From the NCBI RefSeq assembly GCF_006345805.1, contig NC_043005.1, positions 107,384,001 to 107,448,000 on the forward strand: DNA of 64,000 nt, read 5' to 3'. The notes beneath the pieces were generated by a model that searched no databases, was not told the DNA's origin, and was given only the letters and a program-made list of their open reading frames with translations. Shown here one piece after another: positions 39,270 through 51,440 of this stretch (position 1 is its first letter; every line of letters starts with the position of its first letter). Position numbers and translations under genes: made by a program. This stretch comes from Octopus sinensis. Its lineage: Eukaryota.

Positions 39270-40420
39270 CAAGCCTGCATTACTAACAGCTAAAGTAACT
39301 GAAAAGAGAAGCTTGCCTTTAAAGAACTCATTGAACGTACCTAAACAAGGAGACAAGGGCTAGGTACAAGCAAACTGCAATGATGGCTAAAGCCTAAAAC
39401 TACAGACCGTTCAGAATGGTGTTTCTGGAAGTAAGGAATGAGGAACACACAAATGATGCATACAAAACCAATGCAATGGTCTCAACAAGGACAGTGGAGA
39501 AATTGGGACAAATAATTGCAAAGATTGCTTGCTTGGAAAGATGTTTGGAGGAAGGCTCGACTTAGTCGAGCTTCATCATGCGAGACACGTGTGACTTGCT
39601 TCCATCAAAGACCAACTTCGTGAAGTGGGACAAAATAAAGGATATTCGTGTTGTTCTCTGTGCAAGGCAAGCCACAAACAATCGAACGTGTGCTTAGCTC
39701 GTGCAAAATGGCCCTTATCAAGAGCAGATACACGCAGGAACACAACAGACTGCTAGAAGAGCTAAGTCGTTCAATCAGGGGTCCGATGTAATCTGGACCC
39801 AGCCTTGTTTATAACGGAAAGAAAGAGAATGGTTTAGATAAAATGTCAGTCGTGAAGTTGCGCTCGGAAATAATCTGCTTGAACTTGAAGGGAAATGGAA
39901 AATATATGCAGATCTCCCAGACTGGTACAAAAATTATCCAAATCTCATTAGTATGAAAGGACAAACACCAGATATTGTTTTATGGACGAAATCAAATACC
40001 AGAATAATCTCAGAGGAGCTGACCTTGCGAAAGAACTAACAAAGGAGGGTTACCGATGCACGGTAAAAGCAGTGGAAGTTGGTACACGGGTGGTTTTTAC
40101 AGCATTTATGTACGAACGTCTAGATCAGATCAGAATCAAGGGTCACAAAAGAAAAATGACAATGAGAGACATGTCAGAGTCAGCTAAGAAGAGCTAAATG
40201 TGGTTACAGGCGAAAAGAAACACAGCAAGCCACTAAATATAAAAGGAATGAAATCCAATTTGAAACAGTGTGTGTTCATGCGGCGATCTTTGTGACCGAG
40301 TATCAAGCTCACCGAAAGCATCCCAGTTCAATCTCCACTAACTGTGGCATTTATATCACAGGAGGAGGATACTTAGGACTACTACCTAGGTGAGCCCGCT
40401 TCCCTTACAGAGTCAGAAAT
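39270..40420 (+). mobile_element. Hero-like RLE non-LTR retrotransposon 3' fragment (degenerate)
   Basis: Motifs QQGQWRNWD...AWKDVW...DLLPSKTNFVKW, a CCHC-knuckle remnant QTIERVLSSCKMAL...RYTQEHNRLLEEL, WKIYADLP...TPDIVLW (RLE PD motif) and GYRCTVKAVEVGTR. Confidence 0.75.
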
Positions 40421-40439
40421 TAACAGTCCGAAATATTTG

Positions 40440-41030
40440 TCTCACAGGAGTTCCTCCTCTAAAGATTTATCTTGCAATACCCTCACCCCGGAAGCTATTT
40501 TCCGCTCTCTAACAATGAAGAAAATATATTTGATGGAGTTTCATACGAGAAAAGACAAGTTCTCAAATTATTCACTGCTAAAAGCGGCATAAGTGTCATC
40601 ATGCTTCCAAAACAAACTTAGCACACACTACGTTGTGGAGGCTGACAAGTTCATAGATTGAACGGATGTTACAAAAGAGTATTTGAATTTCATACATATA
40701 GGTATTGTTATTTGTCATATCGTCAGGAACAACCTCTTTATCATTAGTGATCTCTGTCGGAAGTTTGCCTAATGATTAAACTGGATTTTCTCTTCGTTTC
40801 TGTAGTGTTACATTCAACGGAGACTTAATAGGCAAATGTGAAGGCAATACGGAGTATTTCTTCATTTATTTCTTCCCAGTTTTCAGCCTTTCAAAGGTGC
40901 ACTGAAACCTGCTTTTCTAATGTCGCTTAGCTTCCAGATCTGGTTCATTATTATTCATCATCTCTTCCAAATTTTTATCAAGGCCGCAGTTATCATACAA
41001 TTTCCAATCATCTAGGAACTTGAAAAGTGT
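40440..41030 (-). mobile_element. Possible very degenerate LINE apurinic-endonuclease N-terminus
   Basis: Minus strand IQILFCNIRSI...FVLEA**...RGEGIA resembles the APE motifs NIRS/ETW/GGGVA. Many stops. Confidence 0.35.
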
Positions 41031-41059
41031 GCTGTTAATATCATTAATATTATATGAAA

Positions 41060-41960
41060 AACGCCGCACTAGCAGAGTCACTAGGTCACCGGGCGAAATG
41101 CTTAGCAATGTTTCATTTGCCGCTACGTTCTGTATTCAAACTCTGTCGAGGTCGAATTTGCCTTTTATCCTTTTGGGTTCAGTAAATTAAGTAGCAGTGA
41201 AATACTGGGGTTGATGTAGTCCACTAGTCCCCTCCCCACAAATTTCAAGCCTAGTGCCTATAGTAGAAAATATTTATATCATTAATATTATATTAAAAGC
41301 TGCGAGCTGCCAGAATCGTCAGCACTCCGTGCGAAATGCCCAGCTGTATATAGTTTGTCTTCACGTAGTGTTCAGATTCCACCTAGATCGATCTCACCTT
41401 TCGTCTTTCGTCTTTCGGGGTCAATAAAATAAGTACCAGTCAAGTACCGGGGGGTCTATGTAACCGATTATACCCCTCCTTAAAACTTCAGGCCTTGTGT
41501 ATTTAGTAGAAAGAATTACCAATATCATATTCTCATATTCAGGTGACAGAGTGGCAGAATAGTTGGCACTGCGAGCAAAATGCTAAGCAGCGTTTCGTTC
41601 GTTTTTACGTTCTGATTTCAAATTCCACCGACGTCCACTTCGCCTTTCATCCTTTCGGGGTCAATAAAATGAGTAGCGGTTGCACAGTGAGGTCGAACTT
41701 TCTGGCTTGTGCCAACACTTGAAATCGATATTATATTCTCATACTGAGGCGGTGAGCTGCCAGTATCGTTACCGAACCGGGCAAAATGGTTAGCGGCGTT
41801 TCATGCATCCATACCTTCTGAGTCCAAATGCCACCAGGATTGACTTTTTCATTATTTCAGAGTTGATAAAAAAGTGCCAGTTGAGTACTATGGTCGACGT
41901 AATCGAGTTAAAACCTTTTCTGATATTCTTGGCCTTGTACCAAAATTCGAAACAAATGTT
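41060..41960 (+). mobile_element. Head-to-tail cluster of four diverged family-A-head SINEs (alternative tail)
   Basis: Units begin at ~41060, ~41297, ~41545 and ~41746, each with gagct/gtggcagaat..g.gaaatgct..ttcaaatt..gtcga...aagtaccag. Tail ccctcc...gccttgtgcc. Confidence 0.75.
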
Positions 41961-42179
41961 ATAGTCCCATATTTATGGTGCCTGAGGAAATGTAAAATGT
42001 TGCAAAACTTTTTCAATGAATGTATGGAGAAACATCTAGAACCAATTTTCAAGAAGTGGCTATCATAAAGAAAATATAAGTATGAGAAAACTGAAAGAAT
42101 CCCGGTATACATATATGTGCGTGCGTGTGTGTGTGTGTGTTTATGTGCGTGTGTCTGTATCTGCCTGTTTGATTTTTTT

Positions 42180-42392
42180 GTTTGTTTGTCTCCTATCACC
42201 GGTTGTCAGGCGGTGTTGGTGTGTTTACGTGCCCGTGAATAAGCGGTTCGGCAACAGAGTCCGATAGAATATGTACTAAGATTGAAACAAAAAAATAAGT
42301 TCTGGGATCGATTTGTTCGCTTAAAATCCGTCAAGGTGGTGTCCCAGCATGGCTGGAGTCAAATGACTGAAAGAAGGAAAATATAAAAAGAT
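42180..42392 (+). mobile_element. SINE family B 3' half
   Basis: ggtgtgtttacgt...gcggttcggcaa.agag.ccgatagaat...ccagcatggc...aatgactgaaa. Confidence 0.75.
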
Positions 42393-42559
42393 ATACTGAC
42401 AATTATACAATAATAAACATTCTAGCTAGATATCTCGCGCCCCATAGAAAACGAATTTAACATAATTTTTTGTTTCTCTAATCGGTGTTTTCCTACATAT
42501 GAAAACGAATCATCACGCATGTTATCTTTGTCTTCATGCAATCAAATTAAACAACCAGC

Positions 42560-43000
42560 TGTCACCATCGTTGACAGAAATGCAGTGAAGTAGAGATTGA
42601 TCCGTTAGAAACGTATCATGTCAACACTATTGTTCTCCAATTCCAATGTAAATTAAATTGAAATATAAATTCATCGAAAGTACAATTCTGTTATCTTTTC
42701 TCTTGAGCTCTATTCTGCATTTCTTCTGTGCATAATTTACATGAGTATATAACGTGTGAATTCTTCATGGAGAGTGTGAATAGTTCTATAAGAAAACCAG
42801 TGAGAGTTCTTCTCAATAATTCAGTCTCTCGCTCCCAATCAGTCTTCAAACCTGTCAATATATGGAAAATCAATTTCTGTTGTTAGTTGGGCGATTACTG
42901 CTCTTACTTCTATTTTTGTGTCTTTTGTTACTTTTCCCATGAACGTGTTATATATTTTTATTATTATTTTCAACACAGGCAGTGATTCAGCGAGTGACAG
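42560..43000 (-). mobile_element. Possible ancient Tc1-like transposase remnant
   Basis: Weak: minus strand ...FSYRTIHTLH... and TFDEFIFQ resemble the Tc1 HTH and FSDE motifs. Confidence 0.25.
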
Positions 43001-44103
43001 GATACATACATTTAAAACTTTTCCTTTACAACGCAATCTAAGTCCTCGTGAATCTTAACACATTGAGGAAAATAAAATATTTTTTATATCTTATTTTGTA
43101 CGTTATTCCTGTCATTATTAATTTTCGACAACTACTTTTAATCATATTTTGCTATCTTCAAAATCTTCCGTGTATTGGTGCAGAATAAGTTCATATCTTT
43201 TCAGATATCTCAGTGCTGTTCAGATTTAAAAGAAAATGTCGGATAGGAAGGAAGATTTAATCATTAAACTTTCCTTAATAAATGTTTCGGTGAAATCGTT
43301 TATAGATATGTTAAGTTCTTCCGTTATGTGTTCTCCTTTATTGGATATATCGATCAAGGTTTAGCAACAAATTCTAGGTGCAAACGTTTTTATTAGCGTG
43401 TGAGAAACATGAATTAAGATGGGAGAAACAGACGGTTGAATTTCAAACGATAATGTAGTTAAAAGAAAAAGAAGGAAGAAAAACGGAAGTTTTAACTTCT
43501 ATACCAAACACACCTTCAAAATCAATTCTCCAAACAAATGGCAGCCGATATTTTTAATCCACCTAATAATTCGAATATTAGTAGAATAGAAACGGCAAAG
43601 TTAATGCGGTATTACAATGCCATATCATAAGTATCGTGTGTTAGAACCACTACAGTGTTTCTAACTGCATAGTAAAGAAGAGCATTTTACTTTACATATT
43701 TCAGTTTAGTAAAAAAAACTACAATTTACAAGAATTGGCAGATGTAGCAGTCTAACATTCTTGTTCCAGGTGGGGAATTACAAACGTGTTTCGTGGTTTG
43801 CTACCACAACAGCTCCTTTATAGGTTCCAGTTAGCTCAAGACATCATCAGGAGGAACCACGTCCGGTTTCGGCCCCTACTCCTCTACCGTTTTGACGTGG
43901 CGGGGCCCCCGCTTTCGGAGGTGTCTTCAGCTCTGGTGTTGGGTGCATGTCTTTCTTCTTCTTTCTTCTGTTCCCTGGTCTCAGCCAGACTCAACAGTGC
44001 AGATATATTAAGAAAAGTATTCCTATAACGTCCAATTTTGAGTATATTATGCCGCTAAAGGAAATTATCCGTTATATCCGGTCATTCTAAAAATAATAGG
44101 ACA

Positions 44104-44246
44104 TGTGCAGGTATGGCTGTGTGGTAAGTAGCTTGCTTCCCAACCACACTGATTGGCACCTTGGGCAAGTATCTTCTACTCTAGCCTCGGGTCGACCAAA
44201 GCCTTGTGAGTGGATTTGGTAGACGGAAACTGAAAGAAGCCCGTCG

Positions 44247-44277
<31 letters not shown>

Positions 44278-44458
44278 CTGCGTTCATCCCCCACCATCGC
44301 CTGACAACCGATATTGGTGTGTTTACGTCCCCGTAATATAGTGGATCGGTAAAAGAGACGAACAGAATAAATCCTGGGGTCAATTTCTTCGACTAAAGGC
44401 GGTACTCCAGCATGGCCACAGTCAAATGATTGAAACAAGTAAAAGAATAAAAGAATGC
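44104..44458 (+). mobile_element. SINE family B
   Basis: Head, internal (TA)/(TG) tract and tail are all present, with small deletions. Confidence 0.85.
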
Positions 44459-45444
44459 TTATGGAAGCTCAAATCTCTGTTTTCAAAGGATGTATAACTC
44501 ATCCTATTTATCTTTCTAGTAGTTTCTGTCGCTGGATTGTGGTCATACTAGAACATCTGGTGGATTACACACAGTCGGGCAGTGATATTATTTTTCAGTT
44601 ATGATTTCGAAACCCGCCAAAGTCGATTTTGCCTTTTATTTATCGGAGGTAATGAAATATAATTACCGTCATGTTTTGAGACCGATAAAATCCCCTGAAC
44701 TGCTATTGAGAAATATTTATATCGTTGTTATAACTCTGAAAAAAAAACATGTTTTGCGGTTTCTATTCCGAGTTATTGAATTCAGAAATAAAGGGTCATC
44801 ACTTAATACCGTACAACATTCGTTTCTTTTATTTACGAAGGAAAAAGAGGAAGAGAAGTAGGGGTGGAGGAAGAATCGAAGGAGGACGAGAAGGAGAAAG
44901 AGGTGAATGACAAGAACAAGAACTGCAAAAACAACCAAAGTCACCTATGTCATGTTCAATGTGGAGAGAATGTCATCTTCAATACTAGAACACATTTGAA
45001 ATTAAAACAGTTGAACAAAATTCTAAAGAGTAAACTCTGCTGTGAAGTTGCGTGACGGTACTGTCATCTTCTAATATTGTTTCTAATACGGACACAAAGC
45101 CAGTAATTTTGTAGGGCCATTTTATTGAGCTGGGAGGGATGAATGACGAAACTTACCGCGGTAGAATATGAAAATCTAATGTAAAGAGCCAGAAAAAATA
45201 CAGCTAATCTTTTTGTCTAATGTTTTAAGGATTCTGCAAATCCGCCGCTTTATTTGTTAACTGATATTAAGTGCTGTAAATACTCTTAAGCAATGGCAAT
45301 AATATTATAGCTGTATGACGTAAAATAATTTAAATGAAAGAACTTTAAAAAAAAGAAATTTAAAAGACTTTGTAAGTAAAACCAAAGTCATGTCTTTTAT
45401 TAAGTTACAACTACACTATCGTTATATATTATAGTTATATATAT

Positions 45445-45852
45445 ATTTTTATTGCCCACAAGGGGCTAAACATAGAGGGGACAAACAAGGATAGACAAAG
45501 AGATTAAGTCGATTGTATCGACCCCAGTGCGAAACTGGTACTTTATTTATCGACCCCGAAATGATGAAAAGCAAAGTCGACCTCGGTAGAATTTGAACTA
45601 AGAACGTAGCGGCAGACGAAATACCTATTTCTTTACTACCCACAAGGGGCTAAATATAGAGGGGACAAACAAGGACAGACAAACGGATTAAGTCGATTGT
45701 ATCGACATCAGTGCGTGGCTGGTACTTATTTAATCGACAGGATGAAAGGAAAAGTCTACCTCGGCGGAATTTGAACTCAGAACGTAACGACATACGAAAT
45801 ACCGCTAAGCATTGCGCCCGGCGTGCTAACGTGTCTGCCAGCTCACCGCCTT
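45445..45852 (-). mobile_element. SINE family A dimer with TSD
   Basis: Two units joined at gtagtaaagaaata|ggtatttcgtctg. Flanking direct repeat ctatcgttatatat at 45416-45429 and 45853-45866. Confidence 0.9.
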
Positions 45853-46044
45853 CTATCGTTATATATAGTTATTGTCGTGTATTGACAGTCAAACGGAACA
45901 GACGACACATAGTCACATCGATAATGATAATGATGATGATGATGATGATGATGAAGAGGAGGCTTAAGTATAAGTGGGTAGAGGAAAGAGAAGTGGAAGC
46001 GTAGTAGTAGGAGGTGTAGAAGTGGGATCAGGTACTGCAATTGG

Positions 46045-46075
<31 letters not shown>

Positions 46076-46779
46076 GGAGGTGAGTAGAATTGTGATGATG
46101 TTGACAAGGGCAATGGTGTTGATGTTGGTTGGCATGGCAGTATGAGCATTGGTCACACTGGCCCCGCCGCAACGGCATCGCAAGCTGTGCTGCCTCTTCT
46201 ATTGATGCACATGACGGAATATTTTAACAGAGAAGAAAAAAGGGTCGTAAAAGGAAAAATTTCCTTCGTTTTCTTTTTAGTTTTTTTTTTTGTGGTAAAT
46301 ATAAGAACATGTTATTAAGAAATGATAGCAAGAAATAGTGGCTGAGAGATAGTGGTATGTTGAGGATACAAATAGCGGGCGAGAAATGTTTTTGTGCAGG
46401 CATCTGTTTTAAGTATATTTGTACGCATACACAAAAGCGTATATACATATATACATATATATTTCTATATGTAAATATAAAAAATATGCGTCTCTCTTCT
46501 TTTGTGTGTGTGCATGTACAAACATATATATATATGTACACAAATTCGCAAACAGATAAATACTGCTGCTATAAAGAACGGAATAAACAATGTCTAAATC
46601 ATAGAAGAAAATTTTGAATCGTACGTAACTGAATGAGAAGGTGGAGCATATGAATGCGAAGGGAAAACAAATGACAAAGCATAATTGAATGGATGTGTAT
46701 TTGTTTGTGTGAACGCATATTTGTTTGTGTGGTTTTATGCGTCTATGTGCTGGTATCTGTGTGCAATTGTGTGATGAAT

Positions 46780-47100
46780 AAACGACAGAAGAAGGTGAAG
46801 GAGAAGGAGAAGAAGAGGAAAAAGAAGAAGAAGAAGAAGAAGAAGAAGAAGGTGTAGAAGAAGAAGAAGAAGAAAGAGAAGAAGAAGAAGAAGAAGAAGA
46901 AGAAGGGGAGAGGCAGAAGAAGAAGAAGAAAGAGAAGAAGAAGAAGAAGAAGGGGAGAGGCAGAAGAAGTAGAAGAAGAAGAAGAGAGAAGAAGAAGAAG
47001 AAGAAGAAGAAGAAGAAGGGGAAGAAGGGGAGAGGCAGAAGAAGTAGAAGAAGAAGAAGAAGAAGAAGGAGAAGGGGGAGAAGAAGAAGAAGAAGAAGAT
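46780..47100. repeat. (GAA)n homopurine tract with higher-order gaagaaggggagaggcagaag units
   Basis: Directly visible. Confidence 0.95.
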
Positions 47101-47611
47101 AAGTGGAGAAAAAAGGAGAATAAGAAACAAAACCTATTGAATTAAGGAACTGTAACGAAAGAAGAGTAAGATGATCAACATCAGCATCAGCAACGTTAAT
47201 CAATAACATTAACAACTACAACAACAACAAGAGCAATAACAACACCCTAACAATAACACAACATAAAGTGTTATAAGAGAATATGAACAACAATAAGAAG
47301 GAAACAAAGTATAAGAAAAACAAGGGCACAAACAATAATATCAACAACAACAACAACAACGCCATAGAATACGAGAAGACAGTATCAAGGTTATTTTCTG
47401 TATAAAAATAGATTAGGAAACAAATGGACAGCGAGATTTTTAGAAGACAATCAATGATTCAGTCCTGGTTCCCTATTGTTGGAACCACATATTTATATTG
47501 CTCTTCTTATTGTTCTTGATGTTGATGTCGTTATTGATAGTGAGGGTAGGGTGTTGGGGGTAGTAAATGTTTATTGTGTTGTTGTTTGTTGTTAAAGTTT
47601 CTTTATATATA

Positions 47612-47642
<31 letters not shown>

Positions 47643-48199
47643 TTCTTCTAAATACTTTTCATTGAGTAGACATAGACGAAATAGGGTGCTTTGCTCACTT
47701 TCAGATATTCGAAATTGTTTGTTTATCTTTATTAAGTTTGTGTGTTTTCTTGGTGTTTGTGTGTGTAAATGTAATTTGCGTGTGTGTGTGTGTGTTTGCG
47801 TGAGGGTCTGTGTGTTTGCGCGTGTATGTTTCCATGTATGTGTCTATAATGGCGTTTAATGTTGTGTAATAAATGAACGAATTGGTCGCTTTGCATTGTG
47901 TTACAGCAAAGTTTGTTCATAGTTCCGTAAAGTATAGTTCTAATGTGATCGCATTGACATAGCTGTGTAGAGATCTGCCTGCAAAGATGGTTGAGCTGTT
48001 TAAAAAGTTAGATGCTCACCACTGTGATTTCGATTTCGATCCCACTCCGCAGCCCTTTTTGGATAGTGAATTTGATAACGTAAATTTATGCAGAATCACG
48101 ATATACATAGATACATAACGTGATGATAAGTCGACTTTTTCCTAATTTTTCCTACGAACGTAAGGTCGTCAGTGACCCATTAATCCGGCAAGAGACTTA

Positions 48200-50060
48200 C
48201 TGTTTGCTGCAAGCAAAATTCGTGTTTTCGGAGCTGCTCTTACAGACTTCACTCCATCCGTCATAGGTAAGCGGGTCGAATCTGCAATAACAAATGAAGC
48301 ATAATATATTATCCAGTGGTCTATATGACACCAAAACTGACTTTGGAGATCTGCGCTTGACAAGCATATTCGGCGACACCCACAGCAGACAAACTGAGAA
48401 ATAGATAAAATATTGGGTTGTCCGGAAAGTTCGTGCCGATTTTTAAAGGAGAGAAAAAGGTCAATAAATACTTGCCATTACATTTTTAATCAACCAAATA
48501 TGAACTATTTTGCTGCACAATGGGTCTCCATCTTTCCTTTAACTTGAAGATACCCTCTTCCCAGAACTGAGCTGGTTTCATGGCAAAGAATTCATTCAGG
48601 TATCTTTTAACGTCATCCAAGGAATTGAAATTTTTTCATTAAGACTATTCTGCAGAGAGCTGAATAAGCGGAAATCCGAAGGAGCAATATCTGGTGAATA
48701 TGGAAGGTGGGGTAACACACCCCAGCCGAGCTGCAGCAGTTTTTGGCTGGTTCCCAAAGCATCAAGTGCCGAAAATAAACTTTCTTATCTTCCATTTTAA
48801 AGGATTACAGAATTAACACAGATTATAGGAACATAAACCTTCTTCCACGAAAAGATAATCTGAAGCTGTGCTCTGAATGGAGGTGTAGTCAAATCCTATT
48901 TTATGGACTCAACCCTGTTCTAAAGTAAGTCGAAAGTTAAGCTGCTATAAATCGGCACGAACTTTCCGGACATCCCAATACATTTTCTCCTGTGCAGGTA
49001 GTTCTTTTGGCCTTTGACTAATTTAGTGACTTTGTATAGAATGAGCGGCAACCTCCGTATATTATTCTTTTAGTGAAGATTGAAATCGAATTGCGAGAGC
49101 GAGTCATTGTTACAGTCCTTTAAACGAGTCTTAGGTTTTTTTGTTGAGGGCTTTTCTCTTCAGTTAGCTCTCCGTAAAGGATCTGCTTGGGGATACGACT
49201 ATCGTCCAACTGGACTAGATGACCTGTCCAGCGAATGTCGTACTTGTGTATATGAGCTTCTGGTACCTCTGGTACCTCTGTGTCTGGAACATGTGTGATG
49301 CAGATACAGATCGATCTCAGCTGGTGCAGGTGTAAGCTTACCTGTAGGCTTAAATGTTTCCTGTAAACCACCCAAGTCTTGCAAGAGTAAAGAAGGCTTG
49401 TAAGTACACAAGCATTATAGACATCTATTGCGTTCTCCTTTTCAGGCCTTTCCTAGACAACATGCGGTCTTGAAGAGAAGAAATGACGTCAATGAATTTA
49501 TTAAGTTGGAGAAGTATTTCATTGTCGGAGGAGCATTAACGTTTTGTCGTACCACCAAGGTAGGTGAAGTTCTCACCAAACTTCAACTTCTTCTCGTCAA
49601 CGTAAATGGAGAGTTCCACATACGTTGTACCTGGTGCTGGTTGTAATGTGAGAACTGTTTTATCCAGACTGATTGTCAGTCCGATGGCTTTGCGCAACAG
49701 GAACGACGACCTGCCTTGACATTTGTATATCAGCAGCAGCATGCGAGACCAGACGCAGTCATCAGTGTAGAGGAGATCACGGATAAAATTTAGAGGGACT
49801 TCTGTTTTAGCGGCAAAGCAACGTGTGTGAAATTATTGCCTGTACTGCGTTATCGCGCATACTTACATTCCTTACAGTTCTTGAAGGCGTCAATATGAAA
49901 GACAGAAAACAATGTTGGTGCAAAAAGGTCTAGGTTTTTATCATTGTTCTCTTCTTTCATTGGTTCAGACATAATGTCAATAACATTGACAGAAGAAGCC
50001 TCCATATTATCATAGGAAAGATTTTACCAAGTTCACGAAGTATTGGGAGAGCTCAGCGTT
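48200..50060 (-). mobile_element. RTE (BovB-like) LINE, 5'-truncated, interrupted by a mariner insertion
   Basis: Minus strand reads FVNLVKSF...IRDLLYTDDCV...AIGLTISLDKTVLTLQPAPG...FTYLG...IRWTGHLVQLDDSRIPKQILYGEL, and beyond the mariner FVCCGCRRICLSSADLQSQ (C-terminal Cys motif). Several frameshifts. Confidence 0.85.
48411..48980 (-). mobile_element. Internally deleted mariner (MITE-like) with intact TIRs and TA TSD
   Basis: TIRs TAttgggttgtccggaaagttcgtgccgattt and aaatcggcacgaactttccggacatcccaaTA (1 mismatch). Interior fuses MEDKKVYFRHLMLW to QKLLQLGWGVLPHLPYSPDIAPSDFRLF...FWEEGIFKLKERW. Confidence 0.95.
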
Positions 50061-50171
50061 CCAAAACTAACCCGTACATACATATATACATACATACATA
50101 CTACATACATACATGCATACATACATACACATATATATGAGTGCATATATGCATATATCGATACATATTTG

Positions 50172-50174
<3 letters not shown>

Positions 50175-50246
<72 letters not shown>
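50175..50246. repeat. (TATC)n tetranucleotide microsatellite
   Basis: Directly visible. Confidence 0.95.
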
Positions 50247-51060
50247 TTGCGTGTATACACGCACATCTTAATAATAAACTCTAGGGATGTTTCTCTGTAC
50301 CCGAAATATCTCAGAAATAGTATGTTTTATCTTAATTTCTTTTGCATATTTATTTTCATATTTACCTTCGGCAGTGCAGTACAAATTTTCGTGATATTTT
50401 GACCTCTACTCATTAATGAAAACGAGTAAAAACAATTTTTTTTTATTGACGAAAAAAAATGGCTTCCGTGACGTTAACACATACACACATACAGAATAGG
50501 CGCACAAATAATGAAAGTCATGATCTGTCAATCAACACAAACACCCGCCATAGTTTTCAGACTCTCTAACAAAAAAGAAGGTTCACTTTTTGACGTACAT
50601 ATTTTAATCATCTAGAAATAGTTTTCACAGAAAGTGATTTCAAAAATGGCAGTTGTTTGTACAGTATTTTAGCTTTCTTTAAACATACAATATTGAATGT
50701 TTTTTAAAATTATTTTCAAGCCATTAATTTCCGTAAAAATTTTTTATTTATTTACTTTTGTCTTAAAGGGAAAGAGAGCAGAAAGTTAAAGGTGTGTGTG
50801 TACGTTTATATGAAATGGACGTGTGTATGTGACAGAGAGAAAGAGAGAGAGAGAGAGAGTGGGGAAGAGAGATAAGAAGAGAGAAAGATAGAGAACAAGA
50901 GAGAGAGAGAGACCAAGGGAGAGAGAGTGAGTGAAGGGGTGTGTTGTCATGTATACTTACAACAATACATATGCGTACATCTTTTTGCACGTGTGCATGT
51001 GTGTGTGTCTGTGAGAGAGAGCGTGTGTGAACGTGTGTGTTCTTATGTATGTGTAAGTTG

Positions 51061-51099
<39 letters not shown>

Positions 51100-51322
51100 C
51101 ACAAACACACAAACTCGTCCATTTCATATACACGTTCATACATCACTTTCTCCTGTCCTTCACTAACTTTAAAACAAAAGTAAATAAAGGAAACTATTTT
51201 ACGAGACTTAACGAACGAAACCAGCTGATGCGGTTGACAATTCTGAGAGTCAAAGCGAAAGATCGCCCTAAGGGAATACATTTACAAAAATTTTTCGTGT
51301 GCATTGAACGTATCTCAGTTGC

Positions 51323-51440
51323 AAAGATTTGGCTGCTATATCTAGCACGCCCTGCTACAACGTAACAGCTACTTACGATAAAGACCCGAAATAGTCGTTA
51401 CGTGGTAGCAGGGCGTGCAAGAAATGGCAGCCAAATCTTT
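51323..51440. repeat. 118-bp imperfect hairpin (49-bp arms, 20-nt loop)
   Basis: aaagatttggctgctatatctagcacgccctgctacaacgtaacagcta versus the reverse complement of tagtcgttacgtggtagcagggcgtgcaagaaatggcagccaaatcttt. 45 of 49 positions pair as plus-strand RNA, including 2 G-U. Confidence 0.9.

Noticed and set aside
41040-41960. Regularly spaced repeats resembling a CRISPR-like array (also 51749-52750 and 7185-7490)
   Set aside because: The context is eukaryotic, the units are long diverged SINEs or simple duplications, and there are no constant-length unique spacers or cas genes.
43840-43930. HDV-like or canonical hammerhead ribozyme assignment for the GC-rich island
   Set aside because: The helix order and required P3/P1.1 or helix II elements could not be satisfied. 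It is kept only as an unclassified structured candidate.
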